The notes under the pieces: generated by a model
The model's input: the letters and a program-made list of their open reading frames with translations, nothing else
What the model was told of the DNA's origin: nothing
The model's database searches: none
In this document: positions 39,509-50,406 of the stretch, one piece after another
Position numbering within the stretch: the first letter of the stretch is position 1
Layout of the letters: every line of letters begins with the position of its first letter
Position numbers and translations under genes: made by a program
NCBI GenBank assembly: GCA_964387485.1
Contig: CAYLWV010000001.1
Span: 1 to 54,258 of the forward strand
Reading direction: 5' to 3'
Origin: an uncultured Dechloromonas sp.
GTDB lineage: Bacteria > Pseudomonadota > Gammaproteobacteria > Burkholderiales > Rhodocyclaceae
DNA: 54,258 nucleotides

Positions 39509-40261
39509 TTAACGCTTGAATAAAAAGACGGCTGGCCGCTTGTCGAGCATGGGGGGTGCGGCGTTTTTCCAAGCGGCGACGGATTGCGTTTTAAGGAGTT
39601 GTGCCGGAAGGGTCAGATCAGCGGCGACGCAGAGTTGGGTATCTGGTTTCAGGCTGGCCAGCAGGCTCTGAAAAAAAATCCGGTTGCGGTAGGGTGTTTC
39701 AATGACGATTTGCGTCTGCTTCAGACGGCGTGACTCTTCCTCGAGTCTGGCGATGCTCTGTTTGCGCGCTGCTTCATCCTGAGGCAGATAGCCATGAAAG
39801 GCAAAATGCTGCCCCCCCAGCCCGGAGCCCATTAGGGCCAGCAGGATCGAGGATGGTCCGATATGGGGTAAAACGGGAATGTTCTGCTGATGAGCGTGTT
39901 GCACCAGTTCTGCACCCGGGTCAGCAACCGCTGGGCAACCCGCTTCCGATAGTAGGCCAATCCCATTTCCGAGGTGAATAGGTGCCAAAAGCGCCTCCCA
40001 GTCGGAGGGTTTGGCTTCCGACTTGCCCATTTTTCCGCGCCCGGGCAGTTCACGGATGTCTAGATCAGCAATTGGCACGGGCATCTGGACGGTTTTGAGG
40101 AAAGCGCGGGCGCTTTTGGCGTTTTCTACGACGAAATGACGTAATTCCCGTGTTTTTTGCAAGACGTCTACTGGCAATACATGGATCGGATCGGCCTCAG
40201 TCAGCTCGGAGAGTGGTACCGGGATCAGGTGCAGTGCCGGTGGGGTTTTCAGCGTATTCAT
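39509..40261 (-). CDS. SAM-dependent tetrapyrrole-methylase-fold methyltransferase (RsmI-like)
   Basis: LHLIPVPL, ENAKSAR.FL, LLSEAGCPAVADPG, GPSSILLAL, IETPYRN. Confidence 0.85.
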   Translation of the reverse strand: MNTLKTPPALHLIPVPLSELTEADPIHVLPVDVLQKTRELRHFVVENAKSARAFLKTVQMPVPIADLDIRELPGRGKMGKSEAKPSDWEALLAPIHLGNGIGLLSEAGCPAVADPGAELVQHAHQQNIPVLPHIGPSSILLALMGSGLGGQHFAFHGYLPQDEAARKQSIARLEEESRRLKQTQIVIETPYRNRIFFQSLLASLKPDTQLCVAADLTLPAQLLKTQSVAAWKNAAPPMLDKRPAVFLFKR

Positions 40262-40902
40262 ACCGGTGTCGCCAGCAACGGGTTTAGGCCCGCACGGCGC
40301 AGCAGGCGGCAGAGGGCAATCAGCGGGAGGCCGACTAAAGCGGTGGGGTCGTCGCCGCTCAGGCGATCCAACAAGGCGATGCCCAGCGCCTCAGATTTGG
40401 CGGACCCGGCGCAATCGTAGGCGGGTTCCCGTGTCAGATAGGCTTCGATTTCTTCAAGCGACAGCGTGCGGAATTCGACTTCGGTGCTGACCAGTTCTTC
40501 GTGGGCGTCATCGCTAAGCGCGTCATAAAGACAGAGCGCCGTTTCAAAAACCACCGTTTGGCCGCTGAGTGTCTGCAGCTGAGCCACCGCTTTCTCGTGG
40601 GTGCCCGGCTTGCCAAAGACTCGGTCGCCCATAACGGCAACCTGATCGCTGCCAATAATCAGCGAATTTCTCTGTCCCTCTGGGAGCTGTCGGGCGACTG
40701 CCCGAGCTTTTTCACGGGCCAACCGGCGTGCCGTGGCGGCAGGGTGTTCGCCGGGTAGGGGGGTTTCGTCAATATCGGGACTGGTCACGCTGAAAGGCAT
40801 GCCCAGGCGCTCCAGTAAAGCGCGACGATAAGCCGAGCTCGAGCCCAGAACCAGGGGGCGGTGATTGTTTTGAGTGGTGTGAGTGGCTTGCGGGGTGCTC
40901 AT
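40258..40902 (-). CDS. Maf family nucleotide pyrophosphatase (YceF-type)
   Basis: LVLGSSSAYRR.LL, IDETP, IGSDQ, CAGSAKSE, LVGLPL. Confidence 0.92.
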   Translation of the reverse strand: MSTPQATHTTQNNHRPLVLGSSSAYRRALLERLGMPFSVTSPDIDETPLPGEHPAATARRLAREKARAVARQLPEGQRNSLIIGSDQVAVMGDRVFGKPGTHEKAVAQLQTLSGQTVVFETALCLYDALSDDAHEELVSTEVEFRTLSLEEIEAYLTREPAYDCAGSAKSEALGIALLDRLSGDDPTALVGLPLIALCRLLRRAGLNPLLATPV

Positions 40903-41007
40903 GTTTGGTGCGCTTTCAAAGGCTTGGCTACGAATATTGCAAGAAAACAGTCAACAATTTGGTCTGCCGATGGTATCATTCGCCGTTTTTCAACGGGACA
41001 GGTCTGG

Positions 41008-41538
41008 ATGTTGTCTGCCGATTTGCCGGAAAGTTTTGACCCGAACGTCATAGCGCGCGAGAACTTCGCACTCGTCTGTGACGTGCCGGTGTCGGCTTTC
41101 CCGCGGCTGGCGGAGATGCTGACAAGTCTGAATGGCGTGGTGCGCGTTACCCTGAAAGCCTCAATGAGTGCTGATCGGCGACCGGCAACGACAGTCGGAC
41201 TGGTGGCCGCACTGGAACAATCCTGTCAGCGCTGCCTGCAGCCGGTGTCTGTGATCATCGATCACGAGCATACGGTGGAGTGGGTGGCGGATGAGGGCGA
41301 ACTGGCCCGTCTGGATGCGCTTGATGATGAGTCGGCGGATCCGGACTGGGAGTTTCTGCCCATGCCTGTACCCCCTCGGGTAGAGACACTGGCGCTGGTC
41401 GAGGATGAACTGATCCTCGCCCTACCCATCGTGCCACTTCACGAGGTTTGTGCACTGCCTGAGGCAGCCTCGCAACAGGTAGAAGATCATCCGTTTGCCG
41501 CGCTGGCCCAGCTTAAAACCGGTAATAACCTGCAGTAA
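41008..41538 (+). CDS. yceD: YceD/DUF177 23S rRNA accumulation protein
   Basis: [29 protein letters not shown]; precedes rpmF. Confidence 0.85.
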   Translation: MLSADLPESFDPNVIARENFALVCDVPVSAFPRLAEMLTSLNGVVRVTLKASMSADRRPATTVGLVAALEQSCQRCLQPVSVIIDHEHTVEWVADEGELARLDALDDESADPDWEFLPMPVPPRVETLALVEDELILALPIVPLHEVCALPEAASQQVEDHPFAALAQLKTGNNLQ

Positions 41539-41560
41539 CGATTTAATCAGGAGTAACAAC

Positions 41561-41740
41561 ATGGCTGTTCAACAAAACAAAAAATCCCCGTCGAAGCGTG
41601 GCATGCACCGTGCCCATGATTCCCTGAGCAATCCGCCGCTGGCGATTGAATCGACGACGGGCGAAGTGCATCGCCGTCACCACATCTCGCCGTCGGGTGT
41701 TTACCGCGGTAAGAAGGTCGTTAAGACGACTGAAGCCTAA
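41561..41740 (+). CDS. rpmF: 50S ribosomal protein L32
   Basis: [17 protein letters not shown]...[13 protein letters not shown]; AGGAG RBS. Confidence 0.97.
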   Translation: MAVQQNKKSPSKRGMHRAHDSLSNPPLAIESTTGEVHRRHHISPSGVYRGKKVVKTTEA

Positions 41741-41748
41741 TCGGGACG

Positions 41749-41770
41749 GGTCAGGGTTTTTTGCCTGACC
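41749..41770. other. Stem-loop between rpmF and plsX (mRNA stability or attenuation)
   Basis: GGTCAGG-N8-CCTGACC with no downstream U-tract. Confidence 0.45.
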
Positions 41771-41798
41771 ACGAGTTGAACGTGAGCTTTGTGCGGAT

Positions 41799-42872
41799 AT
41801 GACCGTCAAAATCGCGATTGACTGTATGGGTGGCGACCACGGACCTAAGGTCACGGTCGCCGCTGCGCTGGCTTTTGCTGCGGAGTTTCCGGGTGCTGAA
41901 CTTATTCTGGTCGGTCATGCAGATCGTCTGGAGGAACGTTTGCGCCGTGCAGCGCCGGAGCAATCGATCCGTGATCGTCTAACGGTCGTCCACGCCAGTG
42001 AAGTGGTGGCGATGGACGAGCCGCCGGCACTGGCGCTCCGCAACAAAAAAGATTCGTCAATGCGCGTTGCCATCAATCTGGTGAAATCTGGAGAGGTGGC
42101 AGCCTGTGTTTCTGCCGGCAATACCGGCGCCCTGATGGCTATTTCGCGCTTTGTGCTCAAGATGCTGCCCGGCATTGATCGCCCGGCAATCTGCACGGTG
42201 ATTCCCACCATGACCGGCCAGACTCGTCTGCTCGATCTGGGGGCCAACGTTGACTGTACGGCAGAGCATCTGTTGCAATTCGGCGTGATGGGTTCGATTC
42301 TGACCAGTGCGGTTGAGCATATCGCTGCACCGCGTGTTGGTCTGCTGAATATCGGCGAAGAAGACATCAAGGGTAATGAAGTGGTCAAACAGACCGCCGA
42401 ACTACTGCGTGCCACCGACCTCAATTTTGTGGGCAATGTCGAAGGCGATGGTGTTTACAAGGGTGAAGCCGACGTGGTGGTTTGTGACGGCTTTGTCGGC
42501 AATGTTGCACTGAAGGTTTCAGAAGGCCTGGCCCAGATGATGGGACGGTTTCTGCGTGAAGAGTTCGCGCGTAACCTTCTGACCCGCCTGATTGCCTTGC
42601 TGGCGCTGCCCGTGCTCAGCCGCTTCAAGAAGCGGCTGGATCATCGTCGCTATAACGGCGCCAGTCTGCTCGGCTTGAAGGGGACCGTGATCAAGAGCCA
42701 TGGTTCTGCCGATGTATTTGCCTTCAGTCAGGCCATCAAGCGCGCCTATTACGAAGCTGAAAACGATGTGATCGACAAGATTGCCCATCGTGTTTCCAGT
42801 TACACCGGTTTACAAACTGCAGCGTTGCTCAAGGAGCCCGTTAAGGGTGATCTGGCAACGGGAGATGCCTGA
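41799..42872 (+). CDS. plsX: Phosphate acyltransferase PlsX
   Basis: [40 protein letters not shown]. Confidence 0.96.
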   Translation: MTVKIAIDCMGGDHGPKVTVAAALAFAAEFPGAELILVGHADRLEERLRRAAPEQSIRDRLTVVHASEVVAMDEPPALALRNKKDSSMRVAINLVKSGEVAACVSAGNTGALMAISRFVLKMLPGIDRPAICTVIPTMTGQTRLLDLGANVDCTAEHLLQFGVMGSILTSAVEHIAAPRVGLLNIGEEDIKGNEVVKQTAELLRATDLNFVGNVEGDGVYKGEADVVVCDGFVGNVALKVSEGLAQMMGRFLREEFARNLLTRLIALLALPVLSRFKKRLDHRRYNGASLLGLKGTVIKSHGSADVFAFSQAIKRAYYEAENDVIDKIAHRVSSYTGLQTAALLKEPVKGDLATGDA

Positions 42873-43846
42873 TGGCACAAAGCATTTACGCCCAGCTGGC
42901 CGGTATCGGCAGTTATCTGCCGGGCGCACCGATCAGCAATGAAGCACTGATTCAGGCTAAGGGTCTGGATTCCAGTGATGAATGGATCGTGACACGTACC
43001 GGCATTGCCGCTCGTCACCATGCTGGCGAAGGCGTGACTTCCAGCATGTTGGCCGAAGAGGCGTCGCGACGTGCACTGGCCGATGCCGGTGTCGCTGCCG
43101 CCGATCTGGATCTGATCATTGTTGCCACCTCAACCCCCGATATGATTTTTCCGAGCACGGCCTGTCTGCTGCAAGGCAAGCTCGGTAATGTCGGTGCAAC
43201 GGCGTTTGACGTGCAGGCTGTCTGTTCGGGCTTTGTCTATGCGTTGACCATCGCCGAGAAATTCATCCGTTCGGGCAGTCACAAAACGGCGCTGATCGTG
43301 GGGGCTGAAGTCTTTTCACGCATCATGGACTGGCAGGACCGTGGGACCTGTGTGCTGTTTGGCGATGGCGCCGGCGCTGTAGTCCTCAAGGCTGGCGATA
43401 CGCCGGGCATTCTGGCGACTTCACTCCACGCAGACGGTTCGCAGTCCGATATTCTCAATGTGCCGGGCCAGGTACATAGTGGCAAAGTGATCGGTGATCC
43501 CTTCCTGCGCATGGATGGTCAGGCCGTTTTCAAATTCGCCGTTCGGGCTTTGTCCGATAGTGCCATCGAGTGCTGTGAATCGGCAGGGATTGCGCCGGAA
43601 CAGATTGATTGGCTGGTGCCACATCAGGCGAATGTGCGCATTATCGAAGCGATTGGTAAGCGTCTGTCTTTGCCAGCGGAGCGTGTCATCGTTACCGTGG
43701 CGCATCATGGTAATACCTCAGCCGCATCGGTGCCCTTGGCTCTGGATGAAGCCGTGAAATCAGGTCGCGTAAAACGTGGACAGACCCTCATGTTGCAAGG
43801 TGTGGGTGGTGGTTTTACCTGGGGCAGCGTGCTCCTCAAGTATTAA
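42872..43846 (+). CDS. fabH: Beta-ketoacyl-ACP synthase III
   Basis: AVCSGF, FGDGAGA, PHQAN.RI, GNTSAAS. Confidence 0.96.
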   Translation: MAQSIYAQLAGIGSYLPGAPISNEALIQAKGLDSSDEWIVTRTGIAARHHAGEGVTSSMLAEEASRRALADAGVAAADLDLIIVATSTPDMIFPSTACLLQGKLGNVGATAFDVQAVCSGFVYALTIAEKFIRSGSHKTALIVGAEVFSRIMDWQDRGTCVLFGDGAGAVVLKAGDTPGILATSLHADGSQSDILNVPGQVHSGKVIGDPFLRMDGQAVFKFAVRALSDSAIECCESAGIAPEQIDWLVPHQANVRIIEAIGKRLSLPAERVIVTVAHHGNTSAASVPLALDEAVKSGRVKRGQTLMLQGVGGGFTWGSVLLKY

Positions 43847-43871
43847 TTACGGATTTCCTCGGAGACTGTTT

Positions 43872-44798
43872 ATGTCATTTGCGTTCGTATTCCCCGGTCA
43901 GGGCTCCCAATCAGTCGGCATGATGGCCGCTTACGGCGATTCGCCGGTGGTCCGTGCCACCTTTGATGAAGCCTCGGCCGCATTGGGTGAAGATCTGTGG
44001 ACAATGGTGGCAGAAGGCCCGGCCGAGAAGCTGGCGCTGACCGTGAACACCCAACCGATCATGCTGACAGCCGGTGTGGCTGTCTGGCGTCTGTGGGAAA
44101 GTCTTGGCGGTAAAACACCGTCGGTGGTGGCTGGTCATAGCCTGGGTGAATACTCGGCGCTGGTGGCCGCAGGTGCGCTGCAGCTCTCTGATGCCGTGCC
44201 ACTGGTACGTCTGCGTGCTACCGCTATGCAGGAAGCCGTACCGGCCGGTACGGGTGCCATGGCCGCCATTCTGGGACTGGACGATGACGGTATTGCTGCG
44301 GCATGCGCTGAAGCCGCTCAGGGCGAAGTCGTCGAACCCGTCAATTTCAACGCACCGGGTCAAACGGTCATCGCTGGTCACAAGGGCGCTGTCGAGCGTG
44401 CCTGCGAAGCCTGCAAGGCGCGTGGCGCCAAGCGTGCCGTGCTGCTGCCGGTATCGGCACCGTTTCATTCCTCGCTGCTTAAGCCAGCTGCTGATCGCTT
44501 GGCGATTGCCCTGGCTGACATCAATATTGCAACGCCCATTATTCCCGTGATCAATAACGTGGATGTGGCGATTGAAACCGATCCGGCCAGAATCAAGGAT
44601 GCCCTGGTGCGCCAGGCGGCCAAGCCGGTACGCTGGGTCGAGATCATCCAGAAAATGGCTGCATCGGGTGTGGCCACGGCTGCCGAATGTGGCCCGGGCA
44701 AAGTGCTGGCCGGCCTGACCAAACGTTGTGCTGATGGGATTACCGGTGTGGCGCTGGCCGATGCCGATTCGGTCAACGCCAATCTGACTCTGAGCTAA
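43872..44798 (+). CDS. fabD: Malonyl-CoA:ACP transacylase
   Basis: FVFPGQGSQ, GHSLGEY, VSAPFHS; GGAG RBS before ATG 43872. Confidence 0.96.
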   Translation: MSFAFVFPGQGSQSVGMMAAYGDSPVVRATFDEASAALGEDLWTMVAEGPAEKLALTVNTQPIMLTAGVAVWRLWESLGGKTPSVVAGHSLGEYSALVAAGALQLSDAVPLVRLRATAMQEAVPAGTGAMAAILGLDDDGIAAACAEAAQGEVVEPVNFNAPGQTVIAGHKGAVERACEACKARGAKRAVLLPVSAPFHSSLLKPAADRLAIALADINIATPIIPVINNVDVAIETDPARIKDALVRQAAKPVRWVEIIQKMAASGVATAAECGPGKVLAGLTKRCADGITGVALADADSVNANLTLS

Positions 44799-44807
44799 GG
44801 AATACAT

Positions 44808-45548
44808 ATGACCGCAACTGTTGCGCTTGTTACAGGTGCTTCGCGTGGCATCGGCCGTGCGATTGCCATGGAATTAACCCGCCAGGGCATGACCGTCATT
44901 GGTACGGCGACCAGCGAATCGGGCGCCGCCAGCATTACCGAGGCCATCAAGGCGGCCGGTGGTGCAGGGTGGGGGGCCGCGCTGGATGTCCGTGATGGCG
45001 CCGGTGTGGATGCGCTGATTGCAGATATCGAAGCGAAAACCGGTTCGGCCATTACCGTGCTGGTCAATAACGCCGGCATTACCCGTGACACGCTGGCTAT
45101 GCGTATGAAGGATGAAGACTGGGATGACGTTCTGGATACCAATCTGAAATCGGTGTTCCGTATGTGCCGTGCGGTTATGCGCGGCATGATGAAGGCCCGT
45201 ACCGGCCGTATCGTTAATATTACGTCAGTGGTCGGTCACGCCGGTAACCCGGGTCAGGCCAACTATTGCGCCGCCAAGGCCGGTGTCAGCGGCATGACAC
45301 GCTCGCTGGCCCGTGAGCTGGGCAGCCGTGGTATCACTGTCAACTGCGTCGCACCGGGTTTTATCGATACCGATATGACCAAGGCACTGGATGACAATCA
45401 GAAGGCCATGCTGCTGGGCAACATCCCGCTGGGCCGCCTCGGTACACCGGAAGATATCGCGGCTGCTGTGGCTTTTCTGACGTCGCCGGCGGCTTCCTAT
45501 GTGACCGGTAGTACCATTCACGTTAACGGTGGGATGTACCTGCCTTAA
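44808..45548 (+). CDS. fabG: 3-oxoacyl-ACP reductase
   Basis: TGASRGIG, NNAGITRD, GQANYCAAKAG, NGGMY. Confidence 0.96.
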   Translation: MTATVALVTGASRGIGRAIAMELTRQGMTVIGTATSESGAASITEAIKAAGGAGWGAALDVRDGAGVDALIADIEAKTGSAITVLVNNAGITRDTLAMRMKDEDWDDVLDTNLKSVFRMCRAVMRGMMKARTGRIVNITSVVGHAGNPGQANYCAAKAGVSGMTRSLARELGSRGITVNCVAPGFIDTDMTKALDDNQKAMLLGNIPLGRLGTPEDIAAAVAFLTSPAASYVTGSTIHVNGGMYLP

Positions 45549-45597
45549 TTATTTTTTTGTTCTATTGCTCACGAAAACTTTGCGGTTGGCTGTGATT

Positions 45598-45606
45598 TGG
45601 TAGAAT
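45598..45606 (+). promoter_or_regulatory. Extended -10 promoter for acpP
   Basis: TG-G-TAGAAT in an AT-rich intergenic region 49 nt before the ATG. Confidence 0.6.
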
Positions 45607-45654
45607 AGAGACTGTTTTTCCACCACCTCGAATAGAAGGGTAATAGGAGCTTCA

Positions 45655-45891
45655 ATGGATAACATCGAACAGCGCGTCAAAAAGATCGTAGCCGAGCAAC
45701 TCGGCGTTAACGAAGCTGACGTCAAGAATGAATCGTCGTTCGTGGATGATCTGGGCGCAGATTCGCTGGATACGGTTGAACTCGTGATGGCACTCGAAGA
45801 GGAATTCGAATGCGAAATTCCGGATGAAGATGCCGAGAAGATCACCACGGTTCAGCAAGCAATCGACTACGTCAAGTCGCATCAGAAGTAA
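45655..45891 (+). CDS. acpP: Acyl carrier protein
   Basis: [20 protein letters not shown]. Confidence 0.98.
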   Translation: MDNIEQRVKKIVAEQLGVNEADVKNESSFVDDLGADSLDTVELVMALEEEFECEIPDEDAEKITTVQQAIDYVKSHQK

Positions 45892-45914
45892 GTCGTCGCT
45901 TGTTGCGTCAAACG

Positions 45915-45945
45915 CGGCCGACGCTGTTGTGTCGGCCGTATTTTT
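45915..45945 (+). terminator. Partial terminator after acpP
   Basis: CGGCCGACGC-TGTT-GTGTCGGCCG followed by TATTTTT. Confidence 0.65.
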
Positions 45946-45987
45946 ATCAGCCCGGGCTGTTGAACCCCGGACAGTAAAGGAGTTGGC

Positions 45988-47217
45988 ATGCGTCGTCGCG
46001 TCGTCGTCACAGGATTGGGTGTTATCAGCCCGGTAGGTAACACCGTTACGGAAGCATGGGATAACCTGCTTGCCGGTCGTAGTGGTATTACAGCCGTGAC
46101 CCGTTTTGACGTCAGCACCTTTCCTACACGTATTGCTGGTGAGGTTAAAGGCTTTAACGTGACAGATTATCTGCCCGCTAAAGACGCTCGCCGCATGGAT
46201 ACCTTTATTCATTACGGCATGGCGGCTGGCATTCAGGCCGTTCGCGATGCCGGTCTGGCTGAAAATCCTGAAGATGCCGAACGTATCGGGGTCTGTATTG
46301 GTTCGGGCATCGGTGGTCTGCCGATGATCGAAGACACCAAGGCCACTTATGATGCCGCTGGTGTTCGCAAGATTTCTCCGTTTTTCGTACCGGGCTCAAT
46401 CATCAATATGATCTCGGGCAACCTATCGATCATGTATGGCTTCAAAGGCCCCAACATTGCCACGGTAACGGCCTGTACTACGGGTCTGCACGCGATTGGT
46501 ATGGCAGGCCGCATGATTGAATACGGTGACGCCGATGTCATGATTGCCGGTGGCGCCGAATCGACGATTTCCCCGCTGGGTCTGGGAGGCTTCTGTGCCG
46601 CACGTGCGCTCTCCGAGCGCAACGATGATCCGGCAACGGCCAGCCGTCCGTGGGACAAGGACCGTGATGGTTTTGTCCTGGGCGAGGGTGCCGGCGTGCT
46701 GGTCCTCGAAGAATACGAACATGCCAAAGCCCGTGGTGCCAAGATTTATGCCGAGCTTGGCGGTTTCGGTATGAGCGGTGATGCGTATCACATGACGGCT
46801 CCGGATACCGATGGTCCGAAACGCAGTATGGCTGCCGCACTCAAAAACGCGGGGGTCAACACGGATGGCGTACAGTACCTGAACGCCCACGGTACCTCGA
46901 CGCCGCTTGGCGATAAAAACGAAACTGAAGCGATCAAACTGTTGTTCGGTGCTGATGCGAAGAAGTTGGTGGTTAACTCGACCAAGTCCATGACCGGTCA
47001 CCTGTTGGGTGGCGCCGGTGGCCTAGAGTCGGTGTTTACCGTCTTGGCGGTGCATCACCAGATTTCTCCGCCGACCATCAATATTTTCAATCAGGATCCG
47101 GAATGTGACCTGGATTACTGTGCCAATACAGCTCGTGATATGAAGATTGATGTCGCGCTGAAGAATAACTTCGGCTTCGGTGGCACCAACGGTTCGCTGA
47201 TTTTCAAGCGCTTCTAA
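45988..47217 (+). CDS. fabF: Beta-ketoacyl-ACP synthase II
   Basis: [36 protein letters not shown]. Confidence 0.96.
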   Translation: MRRRVVVTGLGVISPVGNTVTEAWDNLLAGRSGITAVTRFDVSTFPTRIAGEVKGFNVTDYLPAKDARRMDTFIHYGMAAGIQAVRDAGLAENPEDAERIGVCIGSGIGGLPMIEDTKATYDAAGVRKISPFFVPGSIINMISGNLSIMYGFKGPNIATVTACTTGLHAIGMAGRMIEYGDADVMIAGGAESTISPLGLGGFCAARALSERNDDPATASRPWDKDRDGFVLGEGAGVLVLEEYEHAKARGAKIYAELGGFGMSGDAYHMTAPDTDGPKRSMAAALKNAGVNTDGVQYLNAHGTSTPLGDKNETEAIKLLFGADAKKLVVNSTKSMTGHLLGGAGGLESVFTVLAVHHQISPPTINIFNQDPECDLDYCANTARDMKIDVALKNNFGFGGTNGSLIFKRF

Positions 47218-47222
47218 CTTCA

Positions 47223-47702
47223 ATGATGCGCCGGTTGCAAATCCGGCCCGTTGTTTCGCGCCACCTTCGGGTGGCGTTGCTTTTGGTAAGCATGCTGGCG
47301 GTTGTGGGGCTGATGCAGACGCGTCTGAGTGGCTGGCCGCTTCTGCTTGGCTCGGCCTTGTTGCTTGCAACGTTGGGCCGTGCCTGGTGGCATCTGTATC
47401 AGGCAGGGCGGCTGTCTGATCTGACGCTGCTGCTTTCCTTCCGACCGTTTAAACTTGAGTTGCAAACGGCTGGTGGGGCCCAGCAAGAGCACCGCTGTGT
47501 TTCGCTGAGCGTCTATCGTTGGCTGATTGTGATGCGGTTTCAACCGGCCAATCCTGCCGGTGGTGCTGTGTCACCCGCGAATCGAACGCTGGTTTTGCTA
47601 CCGGATAGCCTGCCAGGCGCGACGCCTGATGACTGGCGGCTGATGCTGATCTGGGCCAGGCAGATGCGTCGTCAGATCAGTTCCGGTAAAGGCGCCAACT
47701 AG
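47223..47702 (+). CDS. YgfX/CptA-like small membrane protein
   Basis: Two N-terminal TMs and C-terminal LVLLPDSL...DWR.. pattern; convergent with nadB. Confidence 0.5.
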   Translation: MMRRLQIRPVVSRHLRVALLLVSMLAVVGLMQTRLSGWPLLLGSALLLATLGRAWWHLYQAGRLSDLTLLLSFRPFKLELQTAGGAQQEHRCVSLSVYRWLIVMRFQPANPAGGAVSPANRTLVLLPDSLPGATPDDWRLMLIWARQMRRQISSGKGAN

Positions 47703-47730
47703 GCAAAAGAGCGAGGCCGGCCAAGGCGTT

Positions 47731-49350
47731 TCAGCACAAGCTTCGACGGCGTAGCACGGTGTTCTTTGCGCGCTTCAGGGTGTCCGGATAGTCGCGTGAG
47801 TAATGCAGCCCACGGCTTTCCTTGCGCTGTAGCGCCGAGCGTACAATCAGATCGGCGGTTTGCACCAGGTTACGCAATTCAAGCAGATCATGACTGATTC
47901 TGAAGTTGGTATAGAACTCGTCAATTTCCCGGGTCAGCAGACGAATGCGGTGCTGGGCACGCAGTAGACGCTTGGTCGTGCGCACAATGCCCACGTAATC
48001 CCACATGAAACGACGTAACTCGTCCCAGTTGTGGGAAATAACAATCTCTTCATCGGCATCGGTCACCCGGCTTTCGTCCCATGAGGGCAGGGCATCCTGG
48101 GTCGGTTGCGGGTTACGAATAATGTCATCGGTCGCAGCTCGGGCATAGACCAGGCATTCGAGCAAGGAGTTCGATGCCAGGCGATTGGCACCATGCAGGC
48201 CGCTGCAGGTGACTTCCCCCGCAGCATAGAGTCCTGCAAGGTCCGTCCGTCCGTGTTGATCGATGACCACGCCGCCGCAGGTATAGTGGGCAGCCGGTAC
48301 GACCGGAATCGGCTCTTGGGTAATGTCGATGCCGAGTTGGCGGCAACGCTCGTAAATCGTCGGAAAGTGGGAACGGATAAAGTCAGCTGGCTGATGTGAG
48401 ATGTCTAGGTATACACAGTCCAGGCCGTGTCGCTTCATTTCGGCATCAATGGCCCGGGCAACAATATCGCGGGGTGCCAGTTCGGCGCGTGGATCATACT
48501 CGTCCATAAAGCGGGTGCCATCCGGACGTTTGAGTAGACCGCCTTCTCCCCGAACGGCTTCGCTAATCAGAAACGACTTTTCTTGGGGGTGATAGAGGCA
48601 GGTTGGATGAAACTGGATGAATTCCATGTTGGCGATACGACATCCTGCGCGCCACGCCATGGCAATGCCATCACCCGTCGATGTGTCGGGGTTGGTGGTG
48701 TAGAGATAAACCTTGCCGGCGCCACCGGTGGCGAGCAGGGTCTGTCCGGCGGCCATGGTTTTTACCTGGCCGCTCTGGCTATCCAGGACGTAGGCACCCA
48801 GGCAACGGTCTTTCTGACCGAGGGACTGCCGCCCGGTTTTGCCGGCCGTAATCAGATCCACCACGATATGGTGTTCCATCACGGCGATCTTTGGGTGATT
48901 GCGAACCTGGGGGGTGAGGGTGTCCTGAACCGCAGCGCCGGTCGCATCATCCACATGAATGACACGACGGTGGCTATGACCACCTTCCCGGGTCAGATGA
49001 TAGCGGCCATCTTCGCGCGTAAACGGTACACCCCGATCAATCAGCCACTGAATGGCTTCGGCGGCATGTTCGACCGCGAAGCGTGTGGCAACCGGATCAT
49101 TCAGATAGGCGCCAGCGGTCAGTGTGTCAGCAATATGGTTTTCAACCGAGTCCGTGGTATCCAGCACGGCCGCAATACCGCCCTGAGCCCAACCCGAGGC
49201 AGAGTCGATCAGCCGGCGTTTGCTGACCAGACCGACGGTCAGTCCGGCATCTGCCAGACATAGCGCAGCGCTTTGACCGGCCAGGCCGCTACCGATAATC
49301 AGTACGTCAAAGCGTAGTGACGGGATTGAGGTTGGGGGATTCGGTTTCAA
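47731..49350 (-). CDS. nadB: L-aspartate oxidase
   Basis: [52 protein letters not shown]; exact start uncertain. Confidence 0.95.
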   Translation of the reverse strand: MKPNPPTSIPSLRFDVLIIGSGLAGQSAALCLADAGLTVGLVSKRRLIDSASGWAQGGIAAVLDTTDSVENHIADTLTAGAYLNDPVATRFAVEHAAEAIQWLIDRGVPFTREDGRYHLTREGGHSHRRVIHVDDATGAAVQDTLTPQVRNHPKIAVMEHHIVVDLITAGKTGRQSLGQKDRCLGAYVLDSQSGQVKTMAAGQTLLATGGAGKVYLYTTNPDTSTGDGIAMAWRAGCRIANMEFIQFHPTCLYHPQEKSFLISEAVRGEGGLLKRPDGTRFMDEYDPRAELAPRDIVARAIDAEMKRHGLDCVYLDISHQPADFIRSHFPTIYERCRQLGIDITQEPIPVVPAAHYTCGGVVIDQHGRTDLAGLYAAGEVTCSGLHGANRLASNSLLECLVYARAATDDIIRNPQPTQDALPSWDESRVTDADEEIVISHNWDELRRFMWDYVGIVRTTKRLLRAQHRIRLLTREIDEFYTNFRISHDLLELRNLVQTADLIVRSALQRKESRGLHYSRDYPDTLKRAKNTVLRRRSLC

Positions 49351-49483
49351 CGTTAATTATCGGTGACTGGCACCGCCAAACTGGCAGAAAGGGCGCTCAC
49401 AACATAAACTAGCGCTCATTCTACAAGGTTCAAACAGGAAGCAGACAATCAAACCGACTTTAAATTCCCCGCTCGTCCTTGCC

Positions 49484-50083
49484 GTGGATGATGCCCGTGG
49501 CAAGGAAGTGCAGACCGAAGCCGAACTGGTTGCCGCCGCGCAAGCCGGGGATCGGTTTGCCTTCGAGTGTCTGATTATGCCGTTACAGAGCAGAATGCTG
49601 CGCTGGCTGACACGGCTGAGCGGAGATCGGGCGGCGGCAGAAGAGATTCTGCAGGAATCCTTATTCAAAGCCTTCATTGCCTTATCGGGGTTTCGTGGCG
49701 AGTCCAGTTTTTCAACCTGGTTATCGCATATCGCCCGAAATACCTATAGCGCCTGGCGTAAGGCGCAGGCGCTGCGGCCGGATCAAACCGTTCTGGACGA
49801 GGATACCGCAACCGCTGCCGATCAACTGACGGATTGGCCGATCCGGGTGGAAAGCCCGGAAACCCGGGTCTGGCAGCAGGAACTGCAGGAGGCCCTGCGT
49901 TCAGCCATGGCCGATTTGCCGGAGGCCTGGCGCCAGGCACTGACCCTGCGTGAGGAAGAGGGCTTGAGTTATGACGACATCGCCCAAATACAGAAAGTAC
50001 CGCTGGGAACGGTGCGCTCGCGCATTCATCGTGCGCGTGAATCGCTTGCCAAGTCCCTGCATCACCTCATGGAGCCGGTATGA
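49484..50083 (+). CDS. rpoE: ECF sigma factor, RpoE/AlgU orthologue by synteny (divergent)
   Basis: GDRFAF, FRGESSFSTWL..IARN, LREEEGLSYDDIA, GTVRSRIHRARE; nadB-divergent position. Confidence 0.85.
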   Translation: MDDARGKEVQTEAELVAAAQAGDRFAFECLIMPLQSRMLRWLTRLSGDRAAAEEILQESLFKAFIALSGFRGESSFSTWLSHIARNTYSAWRKAQALRPDQTVLDEDTATAADQLTDWPIRVESPETRVWQQELQEALRSAMADLPEAWRQALTLREEEGLSYDDIAQIQKVPLGTVRSRIHRARESLAKSLHHLMEPV

Positions 50084-50385
50084 ACCGAAAGCACCTGACG
50101 CCTGAGACAGTATCTTCATTATCGCCGGTATCTGCGGATGACGAGGTGCTTGCCACCGAGACGGAGAGCTGGCTCTCGGCCTTTGTCGATGGGGAGGCAA
50201 CTTTATCGGATCCGGGTATGTCGAATGATGCCGTGACGCGCCGTCGGTTGTATGCCTATCAGCTGATTCGCACTTCAATCCGGGGTCAGACGATGGCGTC
50301 TCATGCTGGAGAAACCGTGGTCTGGCATGAGCGTCGATGTTTACAGCTCTGGGCGCAAATCGATCAGCGCCTCCAGGGCGACTGA
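50080..50385 (+). CDS. rseA: Truncated RseA/MucA anti-sigma factor (N-terminal domain only)
   Basis: LSAFVDGE...YQLIRTSIRG RseA_N pattern; overlaps the rpoE stop; 101 aa, no TM. Confidence 0.65.
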   Translation: MNRKHLTPETVSSLSPVSADDEVLATETESWLSAFVDGEATLSDPGMSNDAVTRRRLYAYQLIRTSIRGQTMASHAGETVVWHERRCLQLWAQIDQRLQGD

Positions 50386-50406
50386 AATAGCGTAGGATTC
50401 GCATCT

